Shown here piece after piece: positions 36,750 to 47,382 of a stretch of DNA of 64,000 bases; position 1 is the first letter of the stretch, and each line of letters begins with the position of its first letter. Origin of the DNA: a virus. A program made the translations under genes and the position numbers. The notes beneath the pieces were generated by a model that saw only the letters and a list, made by a program, of their open reading frames with translations, ran no database searches and was not told where the DNA came from. The stretch is from IMG/VR virus record IMGVR_UViG_3300008267_000006, positions 1 to 64,000 of that record. The stretch is one strand, 5' to 3'.

Positions 36750-38096
36750 TTAGCCTCTAAAAATTAGTGAATTGGTTGGCTTGATAAGATTTTCTTGTTG
36801 CTCTAGTGGTAGCTCATCAAACACCGCAGTCTGTTGTACAGCGGCCATATTTGTTTGTAAAGCATCAATTTGTTTGTTAATTAAAAAGTGATTAAATAAT
36901 TCATTTAAATATTTTAATAACAGATCTTTTCTATTCATTGCAAAATAAGATAAAACTCTTTTAATTAAAACATCATAATTTACTTGCGATAAGTTATAGC
37001 CAGTTTCAAAATTTTTTAAATAGATATATAAAGAATACCAAAATGGCTCTTTAAATTTGGATAAAAAAACTTCTAACGTGGGACTTTCTCTTGTTTTATA
37101 TTTTTGTTGTCGTGCGTCAGATATGCACATATTATGTACATGATCTTGGTATAGTGTATTATTTTCTAAAAATGTTTTGTAGCTAATAAAGAAAAATTTT
37201 TTTAACTCTTCAATATCTTCTACATAAACTTTTTTATATTTTTTATTAAATAAATCCTTAACGTCTTTAATATCATTTTTTTGAAAAACTGGCTTCATCG
37301 CTGGAGAACCAAGATCTGCAAAAATGAACTGTGGGTTGGTTTTATCTATTGCAAATCCAAATTTCATACAAGCGTCACAGAAAGTCAAGAATGAATTATC
37401 TAGAAATATTTTCTCAAAATTCTTCTCGTCGTCACCTGTTTTTTCTGTGGATATCGAAAATGTTAATCCATTAAGAAAATATTTAGAATTTAAAAATAAA
37501 GCCATTGAAGATTTTGTTACTGGTGAGAAATCTATATTTCTAACAAGATAATAAATATAATTTTCAATAAATGTTTTTTCATCAATTATTTTAGAATCAA
37601 GTTCTTTATTATTTAAAGCAAGTTTTTTAAATTTTTGTGCTGTATTTTCTGCAAAATATCCATAAAATGTATCAAGACCGACAAATCCAGACGTTATATC
37701 AACATTATAGAAGAAAGAATTTTTATTAATCTTATTTTTAAACTCTAGATCTTTTAAATAAGACTTCATATTTTTAAAAGAATCAGCAACAAATTTTTGA
37801 ATTTTTATATTATATCCTTTTCTATCTTTTTTTATTGTAGTAAAATTATCAGAATTCTCTATTGGACAAACAATATCTCCATCAATATCTATGATTCCAT
37901 ATAAATAATTTTTTCCCTTTAAATCTCCAAAAGGAATTTTGTATGTTTGAAAATCTGGGAAAGGTATATTTAAAAATTCGTTTCTTATAACATAATCTAT
38001 TGTTTGCTGTTGATAAAATTTTCTAGCCTCAAAGATAGATAATGAAGACTCGTTGCTATTTTTACTATAATAAGGATAAAAAAGTTTACTGCTCAT
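36750..38096 (-). CDS. Hypothetical protein, possibly baseplate-associated
   Basis: Position at end of tail operon. Confidence 0.5.
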   Translation of the reverse strand: MSSKLFYPYYSKNSNESSLSIFEARKFYQQQTIDYVIRNEFLNIPFPDFQTYKIPFGDLKGKNYLYGIIDIDGDIVCPIENSDNFTTIKKDRKGYNIKIQKFVADSFKNMKSYLKDLEFKNKINKNSFFYNVDITSGFVGLDTFYGYFAENTAQKFKKLALNNKELDSKIIDEKTFIENYIYYLVRNIDFSPVTKSSMALFLNSKYFLNGLTFSISTEKTGDDEKNFEKIFLDNSFLTFCDACMKFGFAIDKTNPQFIFADLGSPAMKPVFQKNDIKDVKDLFNKKYKKVYVEDIEELKKFFFISYKTFLENNTLYQDHVHNMCISDARQQKYKTRESPTLEVFLSKFKEPFWYSLYIYLKNFETGYNLSQVNYDVLIKRVLSYFAMNRKDLLLKYLNELFNHFLINKQIDALQTNMAAVQQTAVFDELPLEQQENLIKPTNSLIFRG

Positions 38097-38098
38097 TG

Positions 38099-40609
38099 TT
38101 ATTTACCTTTACTTCCGTCGTTTCGAATTAATTCTTTATTTTCATCTACGTACGCATATAATACAGCGGAAAGAGATGTATCATATGTATTTTCATTAAA
38201 TTTAGTATATACATCTATAATTTGATAATATCCACCAAGTCCTAATTTTAACTGTAGATTAACAGCAGTATCTCCAGTAAAAAATAATGGCTCTATATAT
38301 ATGTAATCGCCTGGTCTATATATATTATTTCCAAACATAGATATATCTGCGTCGTATACTTCTCTTAATCTTAAGAGGCTTTGGTTTCCATTAGAACCTT
38401 GAGCTTTCGCTTCTTTATAAAAAGGAGTATCTGTTTTTTTAAATGTAATTTTTTTTATTAATCCCCTATCTGATCCTATACAAAAATGATAAATACCATC
38501 TTCTTTATCTTTTTCTATATTTCCTCCGTTATCAGATATTAAATTAGGTAATTGATTAGAGCAATAAAATATACAATAGTTTCCAAAAGGCTCTGTATCT
38601 GAAATAGATTTTGCTGATGCCAGTTTATCCGTTAATTTTTCTATTGTGCCACCAAAATTTTCTGTAATATTTTTTTCAGTAAATGCATCTTTTTCTGTTT
38701 GAAATGGAACAGAAACTGTCGTAGAAGACATTCTTATTTTTTTATTTAAAACAGATTTTGCTCCAAATACAGATGGAGATAAAGCTGGTCCGACAACATC
38801 TGATAGAATATCATACATAAAAGCTAATAATGGATATGTATCTTTTCTTGGTTTTACTATTTTTTCAATAAAAAAATTATGCAACATATCAACTGTGATC
38901 GGTATGTCAGCTAAGTTCATAGAAACTCTTTCAAACTGAACATTATCTTGATTTTTTGGATCAATACTGTTTGGAATTTCAATATCAAAAGGAGTTAAAA
39001 TTAATCTTGGTCTATCTATTGGATTTAAAACTTCTTTTTTTATTACACTAGAAAAAATATCAAAAATATCTCCAAGAAACACAAATTTTATTAAATAACC
39101 ACCTGCTGCTGATACAGCTTCAGTTCTTACATTTTCAGCTGCCGCTTCAGCCGCTGCATTTTTTGCTTTATCTGCTTGGTTACCTCCACCAACTCCTATA
39201 GCATTTTTAAGTGAGTCATAAGTACTGCGTTCCTTATCTGTTTGTGTCGCAGTATCAAGTGCTGATTTTGAAGGTGTATCAACTTTATATTTTTCAAGTT
39301 TTTTGGCTTTTAAAATTGCATCTAACCTTTTTTTGTGATCTGACGAGTCATCCGTACTGATTTCACCATCACCGTTTAATCCTATTGCTTCACCAGTGAC
39401 TATAGCACTATAAATTTTTCTTCCATTATTATCTAAGCCAATAAGTTGTCTCCACACCTCAGAATATAGTCTATTTCTTGCATTCTCTATAATTACCTGA
39501 TTTGGATCTTCATTATATTTTTTATCAAGTTCATCTTTAAGTTTTTGTTTTTCTTCATTATTTTTACTTGAGTCATCTTCAATTTCTTTTTTTTTATTTT
39601 TCAACTCTTCTTGTTTATCTTCTTGAGTTTTTTTTAATTTTTCTAGATCATTTTTGATTGCATCGCTTGCTATAGACAAAATATCTAAAGAAGCTAGTAT
39701 GGAAGCAGTTGATGCAATATATTTTATATTTATAGTTACTGCTCCGCTTTCTTCAAATGTTATATCATGATTATGTGGAGTCAAATAAAAAATTACTTTT
39801 GAAGTTGATATAGCTTCAATTATATCGTCAGCTTCTTCATCAGAAAAATTTCCTACATTTTTAATAAATTCTTTTTCAATTTTAGAATAACCTGCAATAA
39901 TTTTTATTCTAAAATATTCTTTATTCCAATTTCCATCTTTATCTTTTCTGGTTGAATCAGCAACTAAATCCGCATAAGAAAAATTAAATTTAGAACCAGC
40001 GTTCCCTTCAAAATTAGTATCATTTTCTGCAACGTTTATTTCTTTGACTAAATCTCTAACATCTTGAAAATATAATGATAGATCAGCCGAAATATTTGTA
40101 TTAACTTCTGCTGGGTTTGTGCCTTCATATTTATATGAAAAAGATTTTATTCCAACAGCGTGCATCCTTCCAGTACCAGCTATCAGTTCATCTAAAGAAC
40201 TGTTTACAAATTGAGAAGTTTTTGTATAATTTGATTCAAATTTAAAATTAGAATCATCAAAAGGTATTCTCCATTGGATTCCCTTTGATTCTTTGGTTGG
40301 AAATATAACTTTGTATATTTTAATTGATGGTTGAAGAATGCTTAAAATACTACTTGGAAGCTTATTTGAAAGATATTCAATATTATCATTTCTAAATAAA
40401 GCTTTAGTTAACGCTATATGACCACCAGATGCACTATCTTTTATATTAGTTGTTGTTCTAAAAATAGCAAAATTTTGATATGTTTTTACATTTCTAGCCT
40501 CTTTTTCTGGTTCTGGTTGTTTTGTAAGTAATTCTTGGATATTTAACATTAGCGCGGCTTGCTCGCCTAATCTAAGTTTACTTGCTTTTATATCTTTATC
40601 TTCAGCCAT
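38099..40609 (-). CDS. Putative baseplate hub protein
   Basis: Follows TMP/LysM genes; C-terminal ISMFGNNIYRPGDYIYI...GYYQI hub-like pattern. Confidence 0.5.
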   Translation of the reverse strand: MAEDKDIKASKLRLGEQAALMLNIQELLTKQPEPEKEARNVKTYQNFAIFRTTTNIKDSASGGHIALTKALFRNDNIEYLSNKLPSSILSILQPSIKIYKVIFPTKESKGIQWRIPFDDSNFKFESNYTKTSQFVNSSLDELIAGTGRMHAVGIKSFSYKYEGTNPAEVNTNISADLSLYFQDVRDLVKEINVAENDTNFEGNAGSKFNFSYADLVADSTRKDKDGNWNKEYFRIKIIAGYSKIEKEFIKNVGNFSDEEADDIIEAISTSKVIFYLTPHNHDITFEESGAVTINIKYIASTASILASLDILSIASDAIKNDLEKLKKTQEDKQEELKNKKKEIEDDSSKNNEEKQKLKDELDKKYNEDPNQVIIENARNRLYSEVWRQLIGLDNNGRKIYSAIVTGEAIGLNGDGEISTDDSSDHKKRLDAILKAKKLEKYKVDTPSKSALDTATQTDKERSTYDSLKNAIGVGGGNQADKAKNAAAEAAAENVRTEAVSAAGGYLIKFVFLGDIFDIFSSVIKKEVLNPIDRPRLILTPFDIEIPNSIDPKNQDNVQFERVSMNLADIPITVDMLHNFFIEKIVKPRKDTYPLLAFMYDILSDVVGPALSPSVFGAKSVLNKKIRMSSTTVSVPFQTEKDAFTEKNITENFGGTIEKLTDKLASAKSISDTEPFGNYCIFYCSNQLPNLISDNGGNIEKDKEDGIYHFCIGSDRGLIKKITFKKTDTPFYKEAKAQGSNGNQSLLRLREVYDADISMFGNNIYRPGDYIYIEPLFFTGDTAVNLQLKLGLGGYYQIIDVYTKFNENTYDTSLSAVLYAYVDENKELIRNDGSKGK

Positions 40610-40614
40610 AATTT

Positions 40615-40953
40615 CTAGCCTTTCGTTGTATTAAGAAATTGTTGTATGTTTTTTGGTATTAAAATAACTTCTCCAAGACTTACATGAGATTCTGTTGGTT
40701 TATTATTAAATTTTGCTATTATCCACCAATCCCTAACATCACCATAATATTTTTGTGCTAGCTTATAGAATCTATCACCAAGAGTCCAAACGTGTTCATC
40801 ATAATCTATATTTTCCATCTGTTCACCGGTTGGATATTTAAAATATGGAGTCGAATAATAATCTATATGTTTAAGATTTTTTTCTTTCAAAATGTATTCA
40901 TATAAACTTGAATTTAATTTATATACTGATCTATAGTCATACCTATTTATCAT
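40615..40953 (-). CDS. LysM/gp53-like baseplate protein
   Basis: GDRFYKLAQKYYGD..DWWIIAKFN..GEVILIP. Confidence 0.75.
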   Translation of the reverse strand: MINRYDYRSVYKLNSSLYEYILKEKNLKHIDYYSTPYFKYPTGEQMENIDYDEHVWTLGDRFYKLAQKYYGDVRDWWIIAKFNNKPTESHVSLGEVILIPKNIQQFLNTTKG

Positions 40954-41654
40954 TATTTTGTTCCTGTACTAGACGGCACATTTCCATTTCTAGTGTTAGC
41001 AGATGTTTGCGGAGTTGTATTTTGTGTATTTTGAGTAACCGGAGCAGCTGGCTCTCCTAATCCATAAGGAAAACCAGTGATCCCGTGTCTTTGTACTCGA
41101 TTACCATCTACTTTTTCTGCTTTCCAACCAAGTGGATGATCATGTATAACATTAAAATTAAAACTAACTTTAAATAATTTTGGATAAATATTTTCATCAT
41201 CAGCAAAAAAACCTTTTTCAATATCTGGCTTGTATGAGTATCCGTCTATCCAACCTAATAAAGAAGCTTGGTTTGTAATACTTTTTATTAAATTTTTAAA
41301 CTTAATTTTAAAAAGAGGAGGAGAGGAGATGACCGCTCCACCAGCAGCACCTGGGTGTTCTTGATACATCGGATATAATCCCCTTATCAAGGAACTTATA
41401 CTTGCTACATTTGATTTTGCAGATTCAAGGTTTCCAGCTGGAACATCAAAACCAAGACTTATTTTTCGAATTGTATTTTTATATGTATATACTGGGTCCA
41501 TTCTACCATAAATTTCTTGAGTATTCCAATTACTTTTATATTCATCAGAAAAATCTGTTATAAACGCACCAAAAATAATATTAGCACCAGAAGTTAATGA
41601 GGTAATTGTAATTATATTTTTTCCATAATCTTCACAAGTTTTGGTATCAGCCAT
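40953..41654 (-). CDS. Tail tube initiator / baseplate tube-like protein
   Basis: AFITDFSD..W..YGRMDP..Y..T.RKISLGF; immediately after TMP. Confidence 0.55.
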   Translation of the reverse strand: MADTKTCEDYGKNIITITSLTSGANIIFGAFITDFSDEYKSNWNTQEIYGRMDPVYTYKNTIRKISLGFDVPAGNLESAKSNVASISSLIRGLYPMYQEHPGAAGGAVISSPPLFKIKFKNLIKSITNQASLLGWIDGYSYKPDIEKGFFADDENIYPKLFKVSFNFNVIHDHPLGWKAEKVDGNRVQRHGITGFPYGLGEPAAPVTQNTQNTTPQTSANTRNGNVPSSTGTK

Positions 41655-41655
41655 A

Positions 41656-44600
41656 TTACATCGCTCCCATCGTCATCTTTGCATCAACAAGTGTATCGCC
41701 TGTCTTTAATGCTCTAGCTAACTCATTTCCAGTTATAATTAGTTTAACTTTCTGTTCTGCCTTTGCTGCTTGTGAGCTTGTCATTGCTTGCCTTAATGCT
41801 GCAACAAGAGCATCTTTTTCTATATCTTTTGATCTTGATTGCGCTTCATAATAATCTTTAACAGCGACAACAAATTTCTTTGTTGGTTGTATATCCTCTT
41901 CAGTAAGTGACTTAACAGTTGTTAATGTTTCATTTAATGCTGTAAGTGTAACTGCTTTGTTTTCTGGTATTGAATTTATTGCTGCACCTAGAGCCGTTAT
42001 CGCAAGAACCATCATCGATATACCAGCAGCAATAGCAATAAATCCTAAACCTCCACCTAAAAGCCCAACAACACCCATTGTCATAAAAGAGAACATAAGA
42101 TCTGAAATACCCGTGGCTAATTCAGAAAAAATAGCTCCAGATCCTTTTAATTTACCTATGTTTTCTGCTATTAATTTAATACCCTCTCCTAGCATTTTTG
42201 CACCCATGCCGACAATACTAGTAGAAATAGCTATGGAAAGAAGAGGCCCAGAAACTAATCCAAAAAGAAATACATTTCTAGCTAATGTTATTAAATTTTT
42301 AGTAAAATTTGAAATACCACTTGACACTTCTTCACTGGCTAAAGAAGAGAATCCATCAGACATCGCAGTAATCTTTTCACCTAGACCAGTAAGTGAAATA
42401 TTTATTAAACCAAACGCAACGCCTAATCCAATAAGAGTTGGTATAGCAAAAGAAAATATAGTTAATGGATATACTAAAATTAGTAATGCTGCTGCTAATT
42501 TTAAAGCACCAGTTATTGTGTCTGAATTAGATAGTTTATTCAAACCATCTGCAACTAAACCTAGGGAATCTCCTATTATTTTTATAGAGGTTGATGCAAT
42601 AGCAGTTGCTATTCCTAGCATTATAAACGCTCCAGCAACAAGCAATAAACCAGGCCCGGCAAGAGCTAATAAGTATAACATAGGAGCTGCAATAAGTAAT
42701 GCAGAGGATAACATTAACAGACCTATTGATAATTTATAAATACCGTCTGAAGTCTCTTCAGATGCAAGAAGAGGCAGACCTTCAGATAGCAACTTAACCC
42801 CAGCTCCTGCAAGAGTCAACCCAGTGCCGAGTAATAAAAACGCTAAACCAACACCAATTAGAGGTATAGAAAATAAGCTAAGAGCAAACAATACAGGGGT
42901 TAATAAATATAAACCAGCAGCTAAAGAAGCAATACCAAGGAAAATTTTTGGATCAGTTAACGAAGTCATTGACTTAACAATCAATGAAAGGCCAAGACCA
43001 GCTAATGCAACTCCAGCACCTAAAAATAAAAATGCAATACCAAGAAATATTAATCCTGGTGAAAGAGGAGCAGTTGACGTAACTAGAAACCAAACAGCAG
43101 CCGCAAAGCCACCAAGAAGTAATATAACGACTGCAAGTGCAGCTGCCATTTGTGGCCCAGTTAAGTCCTTAAAAGAACCAACAAGTAATGCTAGACCGCC
43201 AGCAGCTACTCCAACACCAATTCCTATCATTAAAACAGCCTTTCCAAGTGCTTCAAGTCCTTCTTCGGCCTGTTCTGCTGCTTCTCCTATTGCTATTATA
43301 ATAAATGGTAACATTATTAACGCAAGATAGAGAATTGGTGAGTGTGGAACCATTAATACATCGTGCAACATCTGAAATGCACTAACTAACATCATTATGA
43401 TCGATATCCAGCCAAATATTCCAACACCAGCAAAAGCTGCTTTTAGTGAATTCATAACTCCTGTTGTCGTCATTGCTTTTAATGATAATGCAGATAAATC
43501 AATTCCGACCATCTTTAATGCACCAGAGAACAAAAAACTAGCCTTTGAACCAAAAGCTATAGCGCCAGCTAATAGCCAGATTGTTCCACCTAATCCACCA
43601 AACCAATCATTTATATTAGCAATAACAGTTGTAAAAAAAACAAAAAGTTCAACAAGTGGTTTTATAATAATCATTAATTGATTAAACATTTGCGATAATC
43701 GTTCAGTTACCTTTGCTGCTTCACGCTGAACTTTCTCCAACTCCTCTTGTTTTGCAGCTTGCTTTTCCATGTCAGCGGTCAAATCACCAGTTGAGTTACC
43801 AAATAATCTGCTTGCTTCATCTAAATCTTTAATACCAAGAGTTGCTGCGATTGCTTTTTTCTCGTATTTACCAAGAGAATCGAAATTTTTTCCAGACTCA
43901 TCAAAAGATTTTTTTAATAAAACAATTCTTTCGGACTCAGTTGCATTTAACATTTCTACTGAGTTGAGGTAGTTTCCTCCTAACACCGCATTCAACTTTC
44001 CAGCAGCCCTAGCAGAACCCTCAAATGTATCAAATTGATCACCAATTATAGCAGTTAATTGTTGCACTTGTAATCCAAGACTTTTTGCTTGCTTTTCTAA
44101 AGCAACAAATACATCTATACCTTGTTTACCATATGCAGATAATTTACCCATATTTTGAGCAAATTCTCCAACCATTTTTGAAGGTGCAATACCAGCGCCT
44201 ATAGCAGCTCTCGCAATTTCTTCATTTGTTCGTTTTGCCTCAGTCGCTGACATTCTTAAATTTTTAGTTAATAGGTCATAATTTTTTGCAGACGTAGCAG
44301 CAGATATACCTAAGTTTTCAAGTTTAGCAGTAGATTCTGCTAGGTCTTTTTGAATATCTTTATTTAGAGCAGAATATGCTGACATGTCTGTAAATAATGT
44401 AGCATTTGCTTTACTTAATTTCTCAAATCCTATACCATAATTTGAAAGACCAGCACCAAACATAAGTGAATTATTGGCAATTTGTCCAGTTGCCGCAGCG
44501 AATTCAGAGTTTGCATCAGCAATTTTTGCAAAAGATTGCGCTGCAAATACAACTGCTTCTGAAAATGCTACTTTCCATATACCGGCCATACCAGCACCAG

Positions 44601-45081
44601 CAGCAAATTGAGAAGTTAATTTTTGAGTAATATTGCTAAGTCCTAGAGAATTTGCAAGGGTTTCTGTTGCTTCTTTTGCTGTATCTTTTGATAGATTTTT
44701 AGCTTTTTGTAAATGCTCTAAATGTTGATCTTCAAGTTTTTTTCTATCTTTTAGATCTTTTAATTCTTGTTCCCTTTTTTTTCTTTCTTCTCCGGTTAGT
44801 TTTCCTTGTGCAATTAATAAGTCTCGTTCAGCAATTAAATTTTTTATCTGTGCGTCTGTAACATCCGCTGCTGTTTCGGCAGTTTTTAATCTTTTTTCTT
44901 CTAAGTCTGCAATTTGCTCACTCAATGCACGGCTTTGTTTAGCTGATTCTAAATTTTCTTTTGCAATGTTTGCTCGTCTTTGCAGTTTTTGTAAAGAATC
45001 ATCTTCTAAACTATTTAATAATTCGCGTTGTTTTATTTCTTGTTCTAAATTATCATTAGGTTTTTCTTTTTTATCGGCCAT
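41656..45081 (-). CDS. Tape measure protein
   Basis: 1141 aa, coiled-coil N-terminus, Ala/Gly hydrophobic repeats; follows chaperones; CTAATTAT at 45109-45116. Confidence 0.85.
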   Translation of the reverse strand: MADKKEKPNDNLEQEIKQRELLNSLEDDSLQKLQRRANIAKENLESAKQSRALSEQIADLEEKRLKTAETAADVTDAQIKNLIAERDLLIAQGKLTGEERKKREQELKDLKDRKKLEDQHLEHLQKAKNLSKDTAKEATETLANSLGLSNITQKLTSQFAAGAGMAGIWKVAFSEAVVFAAQSFAKIADANSEFAAATGQIANNSLMFGAGLSNYGIGFEKLSKANATLFTDMSAYSALNKDIQKDLAESTAKLENLGISAATSAKNYDLLTKNLRMSATEAKRTNEEIARAAIGAGIAPSKMVGEFAQNMGKLSAYGKQGIDVFVALEKQAKSLGLQVQQLTAIIGDQFDTFEGSARAAGKLNAVLGGNYLNSVEMLNATESERIVLLKKSFDESGKNFDSLGKYEKKAIAATLGIKDLDEASRLFGNSTGDLTADMEKQAAKQEELEKVQREAAKVTERLSQMFNQLMIIIKPLVELFVFFTTVIANINDWFGGLGGTIWLLAGAIAFGSKASFLFSGALKMVGIDLSALSLKAMTTTGVMNSLKAAFAGVGIFGWISIIMMLVSAFQMLHDVLMVPHSPILYLALIMLPFIIIAIGEAAEQAEEGLEALGKAVLMIGIGVGVAAGGLALLVGSFKDLTGPQMAAALAVVILLLGGFAAAVWFLVTSTAPLSPGLIFLGIAFLFLGAGVALAGLGLSLIVKSMTSLTDPKIFLGIASLAAGLYLLTPVLFALSLFSIPLIGVGLAFLLLGTGLTLAGAGVKLLSEGLPLLASEETSDGIYKLSIGLLMLSSALLIAAPMLYLLALAGPGLLLVAGAFIMLGIATAIASTSIKIIGDSLGLVADGLNKLSNSDTITGALKLAAALLILVYPLTIFSFAIPTLIGLGVAFGLINISLTGLGEKITAMSDGFSSLASEEVSSGISNFTKNLITLARNVFLFGLVSGPLLSIAISTSIVGMGAKMLGEGIKLIAENIGKLKGSGAIFSELATGISDLMFSFMTMGVVGLLGGGLGFIAIAAGISMMVLAITALGAAINSIPENKAVTLTALNETLTTVKSLTEEDIQPTKKFVVAVKDYYEAQSRSKDIEKDALVAALRQAMTSSQAAKAEQKVKLIITGNELARALKTGDTLVDAKMTMGAM

Positions 45082-45123
45082 CTATTTTTACCTATTTTTA
45101 CTATACAAATAATTAGATGAACA

Positions 45124-45155
45124 ATAAAAAAAGTGGGCCGTTTTAGCAGCCCACC
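45124..45155 (-). terminator. Intrinsic terminator
   Basis: GTGGGCTG-CTAAAA-CGGCCCAC-TTTTTTT. Confidence 0.75.
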
Positions 45156-45160
45156 TTTGT

Positions 45161-45350
45161 TTATTTGCCTGATGCTTTTTTCATTGCATCACTTTCTTGC
45201 TTTAATTGATCTGTTAACTTCTCTATAAACCATTTTCTTAATTGAACTGGTAGATTGTAGCTTTCAAAAAGCGAGAACCCGCCATAATATTTTAGATAAA
45301 AGAATTGTTCATAGACGTTTTGCTGATAGGTATCACTTAAACCAAAAAAA
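45161..45350 (-). CDS. Frameshift extension of tail assembly chaperone (gpT-like)
   Basis: No convincing own start; reached by +1/-2 shift at the T7 run 45344-45350. Confidence 0.6.
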
Positions 45351-46190
45351 GTCCGCAGTAATCGGAACCTCCATTTCAGCTTCGGAGTCACATGAACTAC
45401 AAACGAAATTCTGTCTTAAATCTATTGATTTAACAGTTTGTTGATATTTTTTTCTAATATATCTAGAGTCTGCTGCTGGTAGCATGACCACCGCTTTTTC
45501 AATAGCTGTTCTGTCGACAACATCTTGAATTTTAACAATTGTTAGTTTTAATTGATCAATAAGAGTTGAATCATTAGTTGATTTTTTCTTCATTTCCGAG
45601 ATTCTTAAAAGAGTCTTCTCGTCGCTTCCAAATAGCGCTCTGCAATGTACTCTCCATTTAGTTACAGGCAGTAGAATTGAAAAAGTTCCATCAGATGAAA
45701 CTTGTGCAGCTTCATCGTTTTCTTCTTCATCAGCTTTTGGTAATTTTTCTATTAAGTTAAAAGAATATTTAGATTTAGTGGAGCATGAAGGACAGACAAC
45801 AGTTGTTGTATATTCTGGTCCATATCCGCTAATTCTTGCTTGAACAACAATTGCGTTTCTATCTTCACTAGTAAGAGTCTCAGCATTAATGCTTTTATCA
45901 ACAATAAGAGATTGAATTAACTTATCAAGAGCTACACCTTTTTTCAATAAACTTTTTGATGTAAGAATATCCTCCTCTTTTGCTGTCATTTGGCGTATTT
46001 CAATTACTTCTTTGCCATTTAATGGATGACCATCTGTATAAAATTTACCTTTTGATGGAAGTTCTACAAATTCTGTTGGGATAACAAAATTTAAATTTAA
46101 ACCTCCTCCCTGTTGTTCTAATACTTGTGGTGGTATACTTGAGTCGTGTAGTTCTTGTTCTGATCCTAATCTTTCTTCATTGTTCCTCAT
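45333..46190 (-). CDS. Tail assembly chaperone / T4 gp26-like hub assembly protein
   Basis: VELPSKGKFY, MTAKEEDIL, ARISGYG, CPSC, CSSC, terminal FFW. Confidence 0.75.
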   Translation of the reverse strand: MRNNEERLGSEQELHDSSIPPQVLEQQGGGLNLNFVIPTEFVELPSKGKFYTDGHPLNGKEVIEIRQMTAKEEDILTSKSLLKKGVALDKLIQSLIVDKSINAETLTSEDRNAIVVQARISGYGPEYTTTVVCPSCSTKSKYSFNLIEKLPKADEEENDEAAQVSSDGTFSILLPVTKWRVHCRALFGSDEKTLLRISEMKKKSTNDSTLIDQLKLTIVKIQDVVDRTAIEKAVVMLPAADSRYIRKKYQQTVKSIDLRQNFVCSSCDSEAEMEVPITADFFWFK

Positions 46191-46201
46191 TTGTTACCTT
46201 T

Positions 46202-46768
46202 CTATATTGGAAATCCTGGTGATACATCTTTTGTTCTACTTGTCGATTCTTTTACCAACTCCGCCCAGTCATATTGAATAGTAAGCGATACATCAACAAA
46301 GCCTTCATTTTCATAACTTAAAGTTCCATAATTAACATTTGTAATCATTGGATTATTTACTTTCCAAGTTTCTAATGTTTGACCATTTTCATCTATTTGT
46401 TTTAAATCAAAGCTTTTTCCACAATCTTTTTGTATTTGTTGTAGTTTTCCATCTTTTGGTGGTTGATAGCCAAGTTGTAGAATATATTGATGAATTAAAT
46501 TTGGTAAATAATTACCCTTATCATCAGCAGCAGAAACAAATTTTATATCAATAGGTTTCCACTTTAAATTACCTGGAAATTTTATTGGCTGACCTAATAA
46601 CTTATATTCATTAACATCTATATCATAGCTTGGTTTTGAACATTCTTTAAGCGCATAAACAAAAGAATCGGCGTTTTGGACAGATGAACTTAAATAAGTT
46701 CCAAAATCAATAAACCATCTATTTTGTCTTAATGGTTCTTTTAATATTTTTTCTGTCCAAAACGCCAT
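46202..46768 (-). CDS. Tail tube protein paralogue 2 (gp19-like)
   Basis: EPLRQNRW, KFPGNLKW, ETWKV, YGTLSY, QYDWA. Confidence 0.8.
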   Translation of the reverse strand: MAFWTEKILKEPLRQNRWFIDFGTYLSSSVQNADSFVYALKECSKPSYDIDVNEYKLLGQPIKFPGNLKWKPIDIKFVSAADDKGNYLPNLIHQYILQLGYQPPKDGKLQQIQKDCGKSFDLKQIDENGQTLETWKVNNPMITNVNYGTLSYENEGFVDVSLTIQYDWAELVKESTSRTKDVSPGFPI

Positions 46769-46780
46769 TTAAAAGCCTTA

Positions 46781-47347
46781 TTATTTTTCAGGGAAACCTG
46801 GACTATCACCAGGTACTAGATCAATGGATTCATCAAAATCGTTCAATTTAGCCCAATCATATTTTAATGTACAAGTAATTTCAACTATTTCTTCACTACC
46901 ATAATCAAGAGCACCAAATTGAACTGATGTAAATAATGGTTTATAAATTTGCCATTTTTCTCTGGTATTGCCGTCTGGATCTATTTGAATAAGATCAATT
47001 GTACCTATTGCACTATTCATCTTATTTTTTCCAATGGTTGATTTATCAGTTTCAGTATTTTTGCCAGATGGAACTCCATAACCAGATTTGGTTAAAATAT
47101 CAAAAAGTATTTTTGAGCCATTTGGTTCTGCTACTGCTGCGAATGTAACGTTTATATCTTCCCACTCAAGACGACCTGGATAATTAAAATAATGATTTAT
47201 ATATTTATGTTGAATTGTAGATATTTTTGCTTTTGGCTTATCAGCTTTTTTTAATGCATATGATATTTTTCCTAAATCTGTAGAAAAATTCATATACCAT
47301 CTAAACTGCCTTAAAGGCTCTTCTGTTTGTACGCTCCAAAATGACAT
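46781..47347 (-). CDS. Tail tube protein paralogue 1 (gp19-like)
   Basis: EPLRQFRW, YPGRLEW, EKWQI, FGALDY, KYDWA. Confidence 0.85.
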   Translation of the reverse strand: MSFWSVQTEEPLRQFRWYMNFSTDLGKISYALKKADKPKAKISTIQHKYINHYFNYPGRLEWEDINVTFAAVAEPNGSKILFDILTKSGYGVPSGKNTETDKSTIGKNKMNSAIGTIDLIQIDPDGNTREKWQIYKPLFTSVQFGALDYGSEEIVEITCTLKYDWAKLNDFDESIDLVPGDSPGFPEK

Positions 47348-47382
47348 TCTATTTTCTCCTATAATTACTTATAATATTTAGT

